Shown one piece after another: positions 1 to 12,000 of a DNA stretch of 64,000 bases. Made by a program: the position numbers and the translations under genes. The notes beneath the pieces are model-generated. The model was not told where the DNA came from, searched no databases, and was given only the letters and a program-made list of their open reading frames with translations. Each line of letters starts with the position of its first letter. Position 1 is the first letter of the stretch. The stretch is from Gammaproteobacteria bacterium (GTDB lineage Bacteria; Pseudomonadota; Gammaproteobacteria; CBDBNL01; JAAOII01): contig OZ242372.1 in the NCBI GenBank assembly GCA_965209035.1, forward strand, positions 1,376,001-1,440,000. Direction: 5' to 3'.

Positions 1-2
1 AC

Positions 3-2639
3 CAAGAAGCACTGTCGAATTATGATCGTGCGATAGAATTGGATCCTAAAAATGCGGATGCATACAATAATCGAGGAATTTCCAAGTCGGAATTAGGCTT
101 TCACAAAGAGGCTTTCTCGGATTATGATCGTGCGATTGAACTTGATTCTAAAAAATTAGATGCATACAAGAATCGAGGGAATGTCAAAATAAAATTAAAT
201 AGGTTTGAAGATGCTCTTTCAGATTATGATCGTGCGATAGAACTGGCCCCTCAAAATGCTGGTGCATATATTTTGCGAGGAGTGGTCAAGAGAAAATTGA
301 ATAAATTTGAGGGGGCACTGTTGGATTATGATCGTGCGATTGAACTTGATTCTAAAAACGCGGGTGTGTACAACAAGCGAGGGGTTGTCAAATCAAAATT
401 GGGTGTTCACAAAGAAGCTCTTTCGGATTATGATCGCGCGATAACATTGGATCCTAAAAACTCCGATATGTACAAGAATCGGGGGAATGCTAAATCAGAA
501 TTAAAGAGATTTGAAGAGGCGCTGGTGGATTATGATTACTCTATCAAATTTGATCCTGATAACTCAGGCGTATATCATAATCGAGGGAATGTCAAGAGTA
601 CATTGAACAAATTTGAAGAGGCATTATCGGATTATGATCGTGCGATAGAACTGGATCCTAAAAATGTGATTGCATATGTTGGTCGGGGGAATGTTAAAAG
701 AAAATTGGGAAAATTTCAGGAGGCCCTTTCAGATTTTGATCGTGCGATAGAATTGGATCCTGAAAATGCACTTGCATATGTTGGTCGGGGGATTGCTAAG
801 TCAGAATTAGGCTTTCAAAAAGAAGCACTATTAGATCTTGACCGTGCGATAGAACTTGACCCTGAAAATGTGGGTGCACTTAATAATCGTGGGAATGTCA
901 AAAGTAAATTGGGAAAATTTCAGGAGGCCATTTTAGATTATGATCGTGCGATAGAACTGGATTCTAAAGATGCACTTGCATATAGTGAGCGGGGGGATGC
1001 CAAAATAGAATTAAAGCGGTTTGAAGAGGCATTATCGGATTATGATCGTGCGATAGAACTGGATCCTAAAGATGCGATTGTATATAGTAATCGCGGGAAT
1101 GCCAAAATAGAATTAAAGCGGTTTGAAGAGGCACTATCGGATTATGATCGTGCGATAGAATTGGAGCCTAAGAATGCAGGTGTGTATAACAATAGAGGGA
1201 AGGCCAATTCAGAATTAGGATTTCACAAAGAAGCTCTTGCGGATTATGATCGCGCGAGTGAACTTGAGCCTAAAAATGCGGATGCATACAAGAATCGGGG
1301 GGATGCCAATTCAGTTCTAGGGTTTTATAAAGAAGCCCTTTTGGATTATGGCCTTGCGATAGAACTGGATCCTAAAAATGCGGGGGCATACAATAATCGG
1401 GGAAACGCTAAATTAAAATTAAAGAGGTTTGAAGAAGCCCTTTTAGATTATGATCGTGCGATAGAATTGGATCCAAAAAACACAATTGCACATGGTAGTC
1501 GGGGGAATGCCAAGTCAGAATTAGGTTTTCACAAAGAAGCTCTTTTGGATTATGGTCGTGCAATAGAATTGGATCCTAAAAATGCGGGGGCATACAATAA
1601 TCGGGGAAACGCTAAATTAAAATTAAAGAGCTTTGAAGAGGCATTGTTGGATTATGCCTGTGCGATAGAATTGGAGCCAAAAAATGCGATTGCATATTGT
1701 GGTCAGGGAATTGCTAAAATAGAATTAAAGAGGTTTGAAGAGGCACTGTTGGATTATGCTCGTGCGATAGCATTGGAGCCAAAAAGTGCGATTGCATATT
1801 GTGGTCGGGGGAATGCCAATTCAGCATTAGGGTTTCACAAAGAAGCTCTTGCGGATTATGCTCGTGCGATAGCATTGGAGCCAAAAAGTGCGATTGCATA
1901 TTGTGGTCGGGGGAATGCCAATTCAGCATTAGGGTTTCACAAAGAAGCTCTTGCGGATTATGATCGTGCGATAGAGTTAGACTCTAAAAATGCGGATGCA
2001 TTTAATAATCGGGGGAATGTAAAAATTAAACTCGAGAAATACGATGATGCGATAAAAGACTATAACACAGCATTAGACATAGAACCCGGTGATGAGAAAA
2101 TAATCTACAATCGAGCCTACGCTGCGGTGCTAAAACAATCGAGCGTATACAAAAAGCAATTTGATGAAATAGAAAATGAATATAAAGAGCGCGAAGGAAA
2201 ATATAAGTGCTATTGTCGATGTTTGCGTTTGATCATATCAGTTACTATAATTGCGATTTTATCAGTCCTTATTGGAACTGTATCAGGGTGTTTTAATTTT
2301 TTCTTGCAAGATGTTCATCTATTAACAAGGCTTACCGTTGCTTTTGCAGTTTGTTCTCCGTTGATATGGTCTGTAAGTATTCTTTTGCAGGCAGAGAAGA
2401 GATATCATGCCCTTAAGGAGGATGCGTTCACCAAACGGCAAGTTATCTACCTAATGCGTGCAAATCCTGTGAAGGAGGACCCAGACAGACTGCAGTTGAT
2501 ACAACAATTTATAGAACATCACGAAAAACGCTCCACTGCCGATATTGTGCTAGGTTTTAAGCCGCCAGTAATTCCTCAACAAGAGGCGGTGAAAATAATA
2601 AAGGGAGCAGTTAAGACAGGTATCTCAAGTAGTCAATAG
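3..2639 (+). CDS. TPR-repeat protein (~20 repeats) with two C-terminal TM segments; 5' end lies outside the window
   Basis: 34-aa repeats AYxxRGxxKxxLxxxxEALxDYDRAIELDP. Frame is open from position 3 (QEALSNYDRAIELDPK), so the track start at 39 is not the true start. Two hydrophobic stretches lie near the C-terminus. Confidence 0.9.
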   Translation, partial: QEALSNYDRAIELDPKNADAYNNRGISKSELGFHKEAFSDYDRAIELDSKKLDAYKNRGNVKIKLNRFEDALSDYDRAIELAPQNAGAYILRGVVKRKLNKFEGALLDYDRAIELDSKNAGVYNKRGVVKSKLGVHKEALSDYDRAITLDPKNSDMYKNRGNAKSELKRFEEALVDYDYSIKFDPDNSGVYHNRGNVKSTLNKFEEALSDYDRAIELDPKNVIAYVGRGNVKRKLGKFQEALSDFDRAIELDPENALAYVGRGIAKSELGFQKEALLDLDRAIELDPENVGALNNRGNVKSKLGKFQEAILDYDRAIELDSKDALAYSERGDAKIELKRFEEALSDYDRAIELDPKDAIVYSNRGNAKIELKRFEEALSDYDRAIELEPKNAGVYNNRGKANSELGFHKEALADYDRASELEPKNADAYKNRGDANSVLGFYKEALLDYGLAIELDPKNAGAYNNRGNAKLKLKRFEEALLDYDRAIELDPKNTIAHGSRGNAKSELGFHKEALLDYGRAIELDPKNAGAYNNRGNAKLKLKSFEEALLDYACAIELEPKNAIAYCGQGIAKIELKRFEEALLDYARAIALEPKSAIAYCGRGNANSALGFHKEALADYARAIALEPKSAIAYCGRGNANSALGFHKEALADYDRAIELDSKNADAFNNRGNVKIKLEKYDDAIKDYNTALDIEPGDEKIIYNRAYAAVLKQSSVYKKQFDEIENEYKEREGKYKCYCRCLRLIISVTIIAILSVLIGTVSGCFNFFLQDVHLLTRLTVAFAVCSPLIWSVSILLQAEKRYHALKEDAFTKRQVIYLMRANPVKEDPDRLQLIQQFIEHHEKRSTADIVLGFKPPVIPQQEAVKIIKGAVKTGISSSQ
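1751..1954 (+). repeat. Exact tandem duplication of one 102-bp TPR unit
   Basis: DYARAIALEPKSAIAYCGRGNANSALGFHKEALA occurs twice with identical DNA. Confidence 0.85.
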
Positions 2640-2899
2640 GAAAATAAAACGATTTTTATATTGGTGAATATAAAAGATCTTATATCCATTCGATAAAATC
2701 CGGAACAAAAACACAAACTCTGACAATGAAATTGAATTGATAGTGGCCCTAAAAAAAGTAAGATACTTCCTCAATACACATCATCAATTAATCTACCCCC
2801 ATTACCCGATTTTATATCTGCCCTCCAAAACTGGTTGAACCGAGCCAAAGAAAACAAACAACTCTCATTTATATCAAATAACATTACAATAATACTATT

Positions 2900-4708
2900 A
2901 TGAAAAAAGTCGAAGATTATTTAAAAACAGGTGACGCCAAGCTCACAAGTGGCGATTATGAAGGTGCGATCAAAGATTATAGCGAAGCGATAAAACTTGA
3001 TCCTCAAAATTCGGATGCATATAAAAAGCGTGGGAATGCTGAAACAAGTTTGGGAATATTTAAAAATGCTCTTTCAGATTATGATCGAGCGATAGAATTG
3101 AATCCTAAAGAAGCTGGTACATATATTTTGCGGGGGTCGGTCAAGGCTAGTTTGGGCAAGTTTGAAGAGGCACTATCGGATTGTGACCGTGTGATAGAAT
3201 TGAACTCTAAAGAAGTGGGTGCATATATTTTGCGGGGGGCGGTCAAGACTAGTTTGGGCAAGCTTGAAGAGGCACTTTTGGATTGTGATCGAGCGATAAA
3301 GTTGGACTCTCAAAATACAGCTGTATATATTAGCCGAGGGAGTATCAAAATAGCATTAAAGAGGTTTGAAGAAGCATTATCGGATTATGATCGAGCGATA
3401 GAATTAGATTCTAAAGATGCAGAAGCATATCTTGTGCGAGGAGCGGCGAGGAATCAATTGAGCAAGTTTGAAGAGGCATTATCGGATTATGAGCATGCGA
3501 TAGAATTGGATCCTAACAATGCGGATGCATATCTTTTGGGAGGAATGGTCAAGGATAATTTAGGCAATTTTAAAGAGGCTCTTTTGGATTATGACCGTGC
3601 GATAGACCTGGATCCTCAAAATGCTGATGCATACGGCCATCGTGGGTATGTCAAAGGGCAATTGGGAAAAGGCCAAGAAGGACTATTGGATTGTGATCGA
3701 GCGATAAAACTAGATCCTAAAAATGCGGCTGCATACAGTGCTCGTGGTTATATCAAAGGGCAATTGGGAAAAGGCCAAGAAGGACTACTAGATTGTGATC
3801 GAGCGATAGACCTGGATCCTCAAAGTGCCGTTGCATACGATCATCGCGGCAGTGTTAAGAGAATATTAGGAAAGTCGCAAGAAGCCCTTTTGGATCATAC
3901 TTTTGCAATAGAACTTGATTCTAAAAACGCGTCGGCGTACTTTAACAGAGGGTTTCTCAAAGAGGAATTAGAACTCCATAAAGAAGCACTATTGGATTAT
4001 GATCGTGCGATAGAACTGAACCCTAAAAATGTGGGTGCACTTAATAATCGGGGGAATGTAAAACTTAAACTAGAGGAGTATGATGATGCGATAGAGGACT
4101 ATAAAGAAGCATTACGTATAACCCCGGGTGACGAAAAAATAATCCACAATAGAGCCTACGCCTTGGCATTAAAACAGTCAGGTGTATACAAAAAGCAATT
4201 TGATGAAACAGAAAAAGAATATAAAGATCGAGAGGAAAAATATGAGGAGCGTTGTCAATCTTTGCGGAAGGAAAGATTAAAAACTATAAATACGATTAAA
4301 CTAATTCTTTCAATAGGTTTTGGAATTGCGGGAATCGGAGGGATATACTTTTACTGCGTTGAAGAAAATTTTCATCTACTGACAGCGGTGCTCTCAACCC
4401 TTTCCGTTACTTTTGCCCTTTGTTCTCCGTGGGTGTGGTCTGCGAGTATTCTTTTGCGGGAAGAGAGGAAATACCATGCTCTTAAGGAGGATGCGTTTAC
4501 CAAGCGGCAGATTATTTATCTAATGCGTGCAAATCCTGTGCAAGAGGGTCAAGACCGATTGCAGTTGATACGACAATTTATAGAACATCACGAAAAACGC
4601 TCCACAGCCGATATTGTGTTGGGTCTTAATCCGCCTGCAATTCCTCAACAAGAAGTGGTGAAAACAATAAAAGAAGTGGTTAAGACAGGCACCTCAAGTA
4701 GTCAATAG
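2900..4708 (+). CDS. TPR-repeat protein (~12 repeats) with two TM segments; paralog of the upstream gene
   Basis: Same TPR consensus and a near-identical C-terminal domain (YHALKEDAFTKRQ..YLMRANPV..FIEHHEKRSTADIVLG). About 120 bp downstream of the stop is also shared (2640-2760 vs 4709-4830). Confidence 0.9.
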   Translation: MKKVEDYLKTGDAKLTSGDYEGAIKDYSEAIKLDPQNSDAYKKRGNAETSLGIFKNALSDYDRAIELNPKEAGTYILRGSVKASLGKFEEALSDCDRVIELNSKEVGAYILRGAVKTSLGKLEEALLDCDRAIKLDSQNTAVYISRGSIKIALKRFEEALSDYDRAIELDSKDAEAYLVRGAARNQLSKFEEALSDYEHAIELDPNNADAYLLGGMVKDNLGNFKEALLDYDRAIDLDPQNADAYGHRGYVKGQLGKGQEGLLDCDRAIKLDPKNAAAYSARGYIKGQLGKGQEGLLDCDRAIDLDPQSAVAYDHRGSVKRILGKSQEALLDHTFAIELDSKNASAYFNRGFLKEELELHKEALLDYDRAIELNPKNVGALNNRGNVKLKLEEYDDAIEDYKEALRITPGDEKIIHNRAYALALKQSGVYKKQFDETEKEYKDREEKYEERCQSLRKERLKTINTIKLILSIGFGIAGIGGIYFYCVEENFHLLTAVLSTLSVTFALCSPWVWSASILLREERKYHALKEDAFTKRQIIYLMRANPVQEGQDRLQLIRQFIEHHEKRSTADIVLGLNPPAIPQQEVVKTIKEVVKTGTSSSQ

Positions 4709-4886
4709 GAAAACAAAACGATTTTTATATTGGTGAGTATAAAAGACTGATATCCGTTCGATAAAATCCGGAACAGAAACATAAACTCCGGTAATGAAGT
4801 TGAATTGATTGTGGTCCTACAAAAAGTATAATCCGGAATTTAAATGTGCGTCTTTATTTAATTCATCATCATTCCCGGCTCATCTC

Positions 4887-6350
4887 TCATTCCTGGATTA
4901 GAGGTATCGGTACGGCTCGTTTGTAGAATCGATAGAAGCGCCCAATGGGTTCTGGAGTCCAATCAAAATTATCTGCCTTGGATGGATAAAGAATGACACA
5001 GGGCGGGGATACGATCTCCGTCTTGTTGATATCTGCGACATTGCCATTGTCGCCATTTGACTGCAGTTTTTTTGAGACATCCAAGACATAGAAGTGGCGA
5101 GCATAGGCACTGATCTGTCGGATATCGTCGATGATATCTTTCATATGATGTTTTTTCTTCTGGTATTCCTCTCTGTATTTCGCATCAAAAACAACAACCT
5201 CCGCACCGCTTGGTTGCTGTTTCCACCATTTACCGGTCCCCAGCATGTCCACATAAAGAGAATATTTGCCCAACTCATACAACCTCAACCCATATTGATA
5301 TTTCAAACTTCGTCCGTCCCTTGCTTGAATCATTTCTTGCAGCAGGGTTGCGTAGGCATACAACTCAAAGAGTAACGCCATATCGATCCAATAGGGGGGT
5401 GTCTTCCGCTCGGGCGATTGGGAGCGGCTGATGTCCTCGGATAACAGCCGCAGGATCAAGTCCGCAAGTTTCAGTGCTTCTTTATATTCGGGAAAGAGTC
5501 GATGGCGGCGGAGGGTTGTTGAGCGTCGTTGCCGATGGTCTGCCTGATCGGAAACAGAAGCGAACGGTGCCAAACAGAAGGATAATTGCTGTTCTATGTG
5601 TGTGTGCTGCATCCGCATCCGCCGGAGCGACCGCCGTGAAAAGAGTAACGCTTTTTTGAGGATGCGGTTCTCCGGGCAGTCCAAACTAAATTCTTGCCAA
5701 CTGCACCAGACCCTGTCTATGCGTTGATGTCGCAAATGCTCGCGCACACTGGCTCCCACCAACAGCCGTCCTCGGACGCTTGCCGACAACCGTTGTGTCA
5801 CCCGAACATAACCCCGTTTCAAATGCCGACGCACCAACTGCTCGACCAACTGTAAAAAGTGCAGGATGAGTAGCGGGGTCAGATAGTCACTTTTCTGCCG
5901 GTCATTTGGAATGGCAGGGAGGTCTGTTTTTAACTGATAGATACAACCTAAGTGTTGGGCCGCAGCCGGTTGGTTCGCGATCTCCGACACCATCTTTGGA
6001 AAATCAAGGCGGTCAATTTTCGGATTTACTCGCACTGCCAGACTGTTCTTTGCCAGCCAATCCACTCCGATCCAGTATTTGGCTTTTAGGTTATAAGTAT
6101 CCTCGGCACCTTCTTTGCATTCAACAGATATTGGTTCTGCTTGTGTTGTTTCTGATTGTCGATGCCCCGGGGATTTCTTATTGACGAACACAGAACAATC
6201 GGACAGATCCTCCTTCGTCCATAGCAACGGACACTTCTTATCCTCACTCTCTCCATAATGTTCTTTTAGGGTAACGACGGATATGTTGCCGGATTGTTCG
6301 GGCTCACAGTACTTGTCGTCTGTGTTCTCATCCGACGAAGATTGATTCAT
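4887..6350 (-). CDS. mcrC: McrC-family restriction nuclease subunit
   Basis: FSLDCPENRILKKAL, YWIDMALLFELY, DAKY and DIRQISAYAR motifs; directly downstream of the McrB-like gene. Confidence 0.85.
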   Translation of the reverse strand: MNQSSSDENTDDKYCEPEQSGNISVVTLKEHYGESEDKKCPLLWTKEDLSDCSVFVNKKSPGHRQSETTQAEPISVECKEGAEDTYNLKAKYWIGVDWLAKNSLAVRVNPKIDRLDFPKMVSEIANQPAAAQHLGCIYQLKTDLPAIPNDRQKSDYLTPLLILHFLQLVEQLVRRHLKRGYVRVTQRLSASVRGRLLVGASVREHLRHQRIDRVWCSWQEFSLDCPENRILKKALLFSRRSLRRMRMQHTHIEQQLSFCLAPFASVSDQADHRQRRSTTLRRHRLFPEYKEALKLADLILRLLSEDISRSQSPERKTPPYWIDMALLFELYAYATLLQEMIQARDGRSLKYQYGLRLYELGKYSLYVDMLGTGKWWKQQPSGAEVVVFDAKYREEYQKKKHHMKDIIDDIRQISAYARHFYVLDVSKKLQSNGDNGNVADINKTEIVSPPCVILYPSKADNFDWTPEPIGRFYRFYKRAVPIPLIQE

Positions 6351-6360
6351 TCCTAATTTT

Positions 6361-8598
6361 TTAGGATATCTTCAATTCTTTAATCTTTTCGGAAGCTTTC
6401 TTTGTTTTCCGGTCTTCGTCTGTTAGGTTGTCGTCGCCGGCATATTCTTCCAGTAGGATACCGTCGCGGACATATTCTTCCAGCAGTGGCTTGATCTCAT
6501 ATTCCAGCCGAAGTCCCAAGTCTGTAGTTTTCTCAACATCGCGCGGTATAAAGTAACTGTGACCGATCATCATATCCTCTTGGTTGAATTCTTTCGACAA
6601 ATGATCATTGAATAGTTTAATAATTTCATTATAAAGATTAATCGCACTAATGTTGTTTTTCTCTACGATTTTTCTTTCGGACGTCACCTTCCTAAAAATG
6701 AAACGCCGGCGAATTGCGTAGTCTATGACACCGACAGAGCGATCGGCGGTGTTCATCGTGCCGATGATATAGAGATTATGAGGAATGATTAAAGTATGGT
6801 CATCCTGTTCTTGATCTTTTTGTGTTGGTTCCGGTTCGCCGGTTTCCGCATCACCTTTCGGTTGTTCGTCATTCTGTTCCGGATCTTCCGGTATTGGATA
6901 GAGTGCCTGCACCGGTTCGCCGCGATACTCCAACGCATAAATTAACTCACCCAATACGGATGACAGGTTGGCACGATTGATTTCGTCAATGATCAATATA
7001 TAAGGATTTTGGGGATACCGTTTGGCAAGTTTCGCCAGTTTTGCAAGGATCTTATTTCGCACTTCATAAGTGATTTTCCCTTCATCGGTCCTGGCAACAA
7101 TACCGCGTACAAAATCCTCGTAGTTGTAAGAGGGATGAAATTGTACCAACTCCATCTGACTCTCATACGCAGGATCTTTAAATTTACCAATCATCTCTTC
7201 CCATTCTTCATCCTCCACGTTGTCCTGTAACCAATGCAACAGCGGCGAACCGTCAACTTCATTACCTTTTAGGCATAGCCATGCCGCCAACTGCTTGGCC
7301 AGCCGAGTTTTGCCGGTTCCGGGAGGCCCGGTTAAAATTAGATTTTTTTGATCTTGTTTCATTTTTTCTATTTTTAGTAAGCGTTCTAATAATTCAAATG
7401 TTTTGGGGTAGGCTTTTTTATAACGATTAATATAACTGCGACCAGTCATCAGTCCTTGTTGTGGCCCCATATCTTTTACGTTGTGTTTTTCTTCTGCCGC
7501 TATCCAGATAACACTAATATAAGCATCTTTTTTCCAGTCATTGCTATAACCATTGTCAGTAACTATACCTATACCATGTGCTGTTTTTGGGCCGATGCGA
7601 CAGAACATGATGTCTCCGCGTTCCGGTTCTTGAACAGGGTATGGGTTACCGCCACCACCATCAGGCCTACTTGTCCAGATACAACTTTGATCGCGAAAGG
7701 ACCATTGCTGTATAGCATTTTTAGTGTATGTGTCCTTCCACCAATCCTTTTTATTTGGGTCATTTTTTGCGTTGGAAGATATCAACCAATATTTATTATG
7801 GATCTTCAGTGGTGTTTGTTTTCCCGCCTGCTTTTTCAGACCGACTAAATACCCGAACAAGTTGATTTCATAAGGATGGCAATCCGGGAAAGGCTTGCGT
7901 AAACTCTCCATCACATCACTGAATTGCAATTTATCTTTTTCTATCTGTTTTCTCACACCATCCTCTGACATGCTACGAATATTCTCGTCTGCTGACAGAT
8001 GTAGCGTGCGGTCGTCAATAGGCAGAAAGACCTTGGGATTGATTAAAAAGAGTGTATGTGTTAAACTGACCAATCCAACTTGATGGCTTTTTAGAATCGT
8101 CTGTTGAATACGCTTATCCCCATCCTCAATGTCGGCATATTCGTCTGCCCGGTAACTGTCACAAAATAAACTCCACAGCCGGTCCAATGCTTTCTGCTCC
8201 TTTAGAGGGGTACTACTATCTGGTTTGCATCTATTTCCCTTATTATGAAAAAGTTTGTTGCGTGAGCTTGCATAGGGATATACTACGTCTTTAATAGTAA
8301 GATTATTATCTTTCCACAATATTTTTGCACACAGTTCGCGCTGCTTTTTAGCTGGGTTGCTGTTGACTGATAGCGCATAAATAAACGAGAAGGGGTCTAT
8401 GCCGGATTTTTTCAAATACTCTGGGTTTACAATGGAATGTTTTTTACCCAAAACCACTTCTTCATGAAAAACTTTCTTTGCCAGTTCCACCATTGCGTTA
8501 TCGAGATCCTCGCTCTTTTTGTGCTTTTCGTACATATCACACAATTCCTTTGCCACAGGGCGAAAGAATTTTATCCAGTCGTATTTGGTAGTAGTCAT
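6361..8598 (-). CDS. mcrB: McrB-family AAA+ GTPase
   Basis: Walker A GPPGTGKT, QFHPSYNYEDF, Walker B IIDEINR, signature GTMNTADRS, IGHSYF. Confidence 0.9.
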   Translation of the reverse strand: MTTTKYDWIKFFRPVAKELCDMYEKHKKSEDLDNAMVELAKKVFHEEVVLGKKHSIVNPEYLKKSGIDPFSFIYALSVNSNPAKKQRELCAKILWKDNNLTIKDVVYPYASSRNKLFHNKGNRCKPDSSTPLKEQKALDRLWSLFCDSYRADEYADIEDGDKRIQQTILKSHQVGLVSLTHTLFLINPKVFLPIDDRTLHLSADENIRSMSEDGVRKQIEKDKLQFSDVMESLRKPFPDCHPYEINLFGYLVGLKKQAGKQTPLKIHNKYWLISSNAKNDPNKKDWWKDTYTKNAIQQWSFRDQSCIWTSRPDGGGGNPYPVQEPERGDIMFCRIGPKTAHGIGIVTDNGYSNDWKKDAYISVIWIAAEEKHNVKDMGPQQGLMTGRSYINRYKKAYPKTFELLERLLKIEKMKQDQKNLILTGPPGTGKTRLAKQLAAWLCLKGNEVDGSPLLHWLQDNVEDEEWEEMIGKFKDPAYESQMELVQFHPSYNYEDFVRGIVARTDEGKITYEVRNKILAKLAKLAKRYPQNPYILIIDEINRANLSSVLGELIYALEYRGEPVQALYPIPEDPEQNDEQPKGDAETGEPEPTQKDQEQDDHTLIIPHNLYIIGTMNTADRSVGVIDYAIRRRFIFRKVTSERKIVEKNNISAINLYNEIIKLFNDHLSKEFNQEDMMIGHSYFIPRDVEKTTDLGLRLEYEIKPLLEEYVRDGILLEEYAGDDNLTDEDRKTKKASEKIKELKIS

Positions 8599-9085
8599 AA
8601 AGCGTATTTTATGCTATGAAATGAAATGTCGGCACGCGCCGGCGTTCTGCACCTTTGATATTGTTGTAGTAACACTTTGAATGAGACTTATCATTGCTCG
8701 TAAGTTCCGGCCGTAATTAATCAATACCCCCCAAATTGTGTTAAAGTATGGTAAATCATTTTGTTCGGCGGAGAGACTATGTTTAAGGATTAAGAAAATT
8801 AAACTATGCCGACAACAACAATCAACTCAAATCTTTTGACAAGAGCAAGTACTGTGTCCGAAATATCTTTTCGGGCGGGTGTGTTCCCGGGTTTTCCTTT
8901 TTCCACCAGATCATATCGCATCCCATCCCACGCCAAGTTTTGTTGCGACCTTGCCGCGATCACGCAATGATGCGAATGCACTTTTGTGAGGATCACAAAA
9001 TCCCGGACGAGTGCATGCGTGCTTTGACCTTGCCGATATATTTCGTCTGCCGGGGGCTTGAAGTTTTTCTTTGCGAACTCGAACT

Positions 9086-12000
9086 ATGAAGAATATTTTA
9101 GATAATAGTTCGCCCGAGAAGAGCGTGGGGAACTTTCTCAAGCAAGAGATACCCAAAGCGGATTTGATGCGTGCGGTCTCGGCATACTTCACCATATACG
9201 CATACGAATCACTGGAAACGGAATTGTCCGACTTAACAGAGTTTCGGTTCTTATACGGCGACCCCAGGTTTGTCGGTTTGGTGGACCCGGACAAGGGCTA
9301 TGTATCCCCTATGAAATTAACGGAGGACGGTCTGACTGTCGTAATGCAACTTCAACAAAAACTGCAAGCTCGGAAGTGTTTGAAGTGGTTGGAAGATGCG
9401 AATGTAAAAATCCGCAGTATGCGCCAAAGCAATTTCTTGCACGGCAAGATGTATCATTTGGAAAAGGCCGACACGGAATATCAAAATGCCACAGTGGGCA
9501 GTGCCAACTTCACCCTTAACGGTTTGGGTTTAAGCACCAACAAAAACATTGAAATTAATATCTTGGCGGACGAGCCGACCGCTCAAAGTTTAAAAGAGTG
9601 GTTTGATATTCTGTGGTCCGATGAGCGCCGGGTCCTGGATGTCAAAGAAAAAGTCCGGGAAGCCCTGCAGAAATTGGGCAAGGACTACTCACCCGAGTTC
9701 GTTTTTTATAAAACACTTTTTGAATATTTCAAAAAGCAGTTTGAAGAATACGAACAAAGCGGAGACATCATTGAGAAGACGCACTTACCGGATACGGAGA
9801 TATGGAAAAAATTGTATAAGTTTCAGAAGAGCGGTGCTCATAACATTATTGCCAAACTGAACCGCTTTAATGGATGCATTCTTGCGGACAGTGTCGGCTT
9901 GGGAAAAACATGGACGGCACTGGCTGCCATAAAATACTTTGAACTTCTGAACGAAAGAGTGCTTGTCCTTTGTCCGAAACGGCTGGAGGAAAATTGGAAG
10001 TACTTTACGCAAGAAAGCGGCATTGTCGGCAATCCTTTGGAGCAAGACAGATTCGCCTATAAGGTTTTGGCACACACCGACCTGTCTTATCCGGACAAAC
10101 CGGGTCTTAGAAACTTTAATTGGGGGGCATATAATCTGGTTGTCATTGACGAATCGCATAACTTTCGCAATGATGCCGGTATCAAAAAAGCGGAAGACGG
10201 GACCGAGAGGATGAGCCGTTACAGATTTTTATTGGAAAAAATAATCAAGGAGGGTGCCAGAAGCAAGGTTCTAATGTTGTCGGCGACGCCGGTCAACAAT
10301 TCTATGCGTGATCTGCGCAATCAAATTTACCTGATGACCGAAGGATCCCGGGATGCCTTTAGCGAGAATTTAAAAATTAATGATCTGGAAAAATTCTTTG
10401 CCCGGGCACAAACAGCATTTCAGCAATGGGAAAAGGAAAAACATAGAAACAAATCGGTCTTGATGGAAAAGTTGGATGACAGATTTTTTAATTTATTGGG
10501 CTCCGTTTCTATTGCCCGTTCCCGGCGTCATATTAAGGAGTTTTATAAAGATGCCGTACAGGAACTCGGAAGTTTTCCCAAACATGCGCCGTTGGTATCA
10601 AAAAAGCCCGAACCGGATGACGCTAAAGATTACAAGTATCAAGATACTTGGCAAGGTATTTCCGACTTTGGCTTATCCATATACAAGGTTTTTCATTATG
10701 TCAAGGATTTGTCTTTGCTGGAGCGGGAGAAGGCAAAGCAGTTTAATCAGAAGGAACGTGAAGAGGCTTTGATTTCCATGCTCAGAATTAATTTTTTGAA
10801 GCGACTGGAAAGTTCGCCGCATGCTTTTTCATTGACCTTGGCACGAACCATCAACAAAATAGAGGAACGCTTGAGTGGGATAAAGGAATGGAATACGAAC
10901 TTGCAAAAGGATGCGGAACTTCCCGAGGATATGTTGGATGAGGGGGGTGCCGAGAGTGAAGAAGATACCGAACTTGTTTTTTATAAAAGGGACAGTATTA
11001 AATATTCCCAACTGGATACGAAAAAGTGGGAAACAGATTTACAAAAAGACAAAGCACAACTCCAAAAAGTTTTGGATAGGGTAAAGGAGATTAACCCGGA
11101 CAGAGACGGGAAGTTGAAGGATCTTAAAGAGGTGATTCGAAAAAAATGGCAGAATGCCCCGACGGATAACGAGGGCAACCCCAACTACAAGATTCTCATT
11201 TTCAGCACTTTCCTGGACACCACCAAATATCTTTATGAAAACCTCCGGCAGCTGGCGGAAGAACACGGACGGCATATTGCTATGGTCAGCGGTGGCGGGC
11301 AGAATATGACAAGCACAGGCAATAACGGATTTCATGATATTTTAAATCAGTTCGCGCCGCATGGCCGCGGTGTCCCGTTGAAGGAAGATGAAGATGCCAT
11401 AGACCTGTTGATAGCCACGGATTGTCTTTCCGAAGGTCAGAATCTGCAGGATTGCGATTGCGTGGTTAATTACGACATCCATTGGAATCCGGTACGTTTA
11501 ATCCAAAGGTTTGGTCGTATTGATCGCTTGGGAAGTAAGAATAAAGAAATCCGAATGATTAATTATTGGCCGCCTTTGAAATTGAATGATTATTTAAATT
11601 TGGAGGGGCGGGTAGAAGCAAGGAAGGGGTTGATGGAATTGGTGAGCACTGGCGACAGTTCTATTCCTTCGGATATGCAAAAGGTTTCCGCGGATGGGGC
11701 CCAGTTGGAATTGTCTTTTCGGAATGAGCAGACAAAGAAAATGGAAGAAGCCGAGGACATCGAAGATCTGTACGCATCGGACAACAGTTTGAGTTTAAGC
11801 GATCTGTCAATGGACGATCTGTTTATGACCCTGCAAGAATATCTTGCGACAAAACGCAAAGAATTGGAAGAGGCGCCTTTGGGTATTTATGCGGTGACGG
11901 ACTTGGAGCGTTCGCCGCTTGTCAGTATTGCCGAGCAAGAGATAAGGCCGGGGGTTATTTTTTGTCTGGGTCAAAAAGAGGAGGAGGGACAAAAAGATGA

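Noticed and set aside
8799-9070. Short ORFs between mcrB and the helicase
   Set aside because: They have no recognisable similarity or convincing RBS; this is probably a divergent promoter region or decayed DNA.
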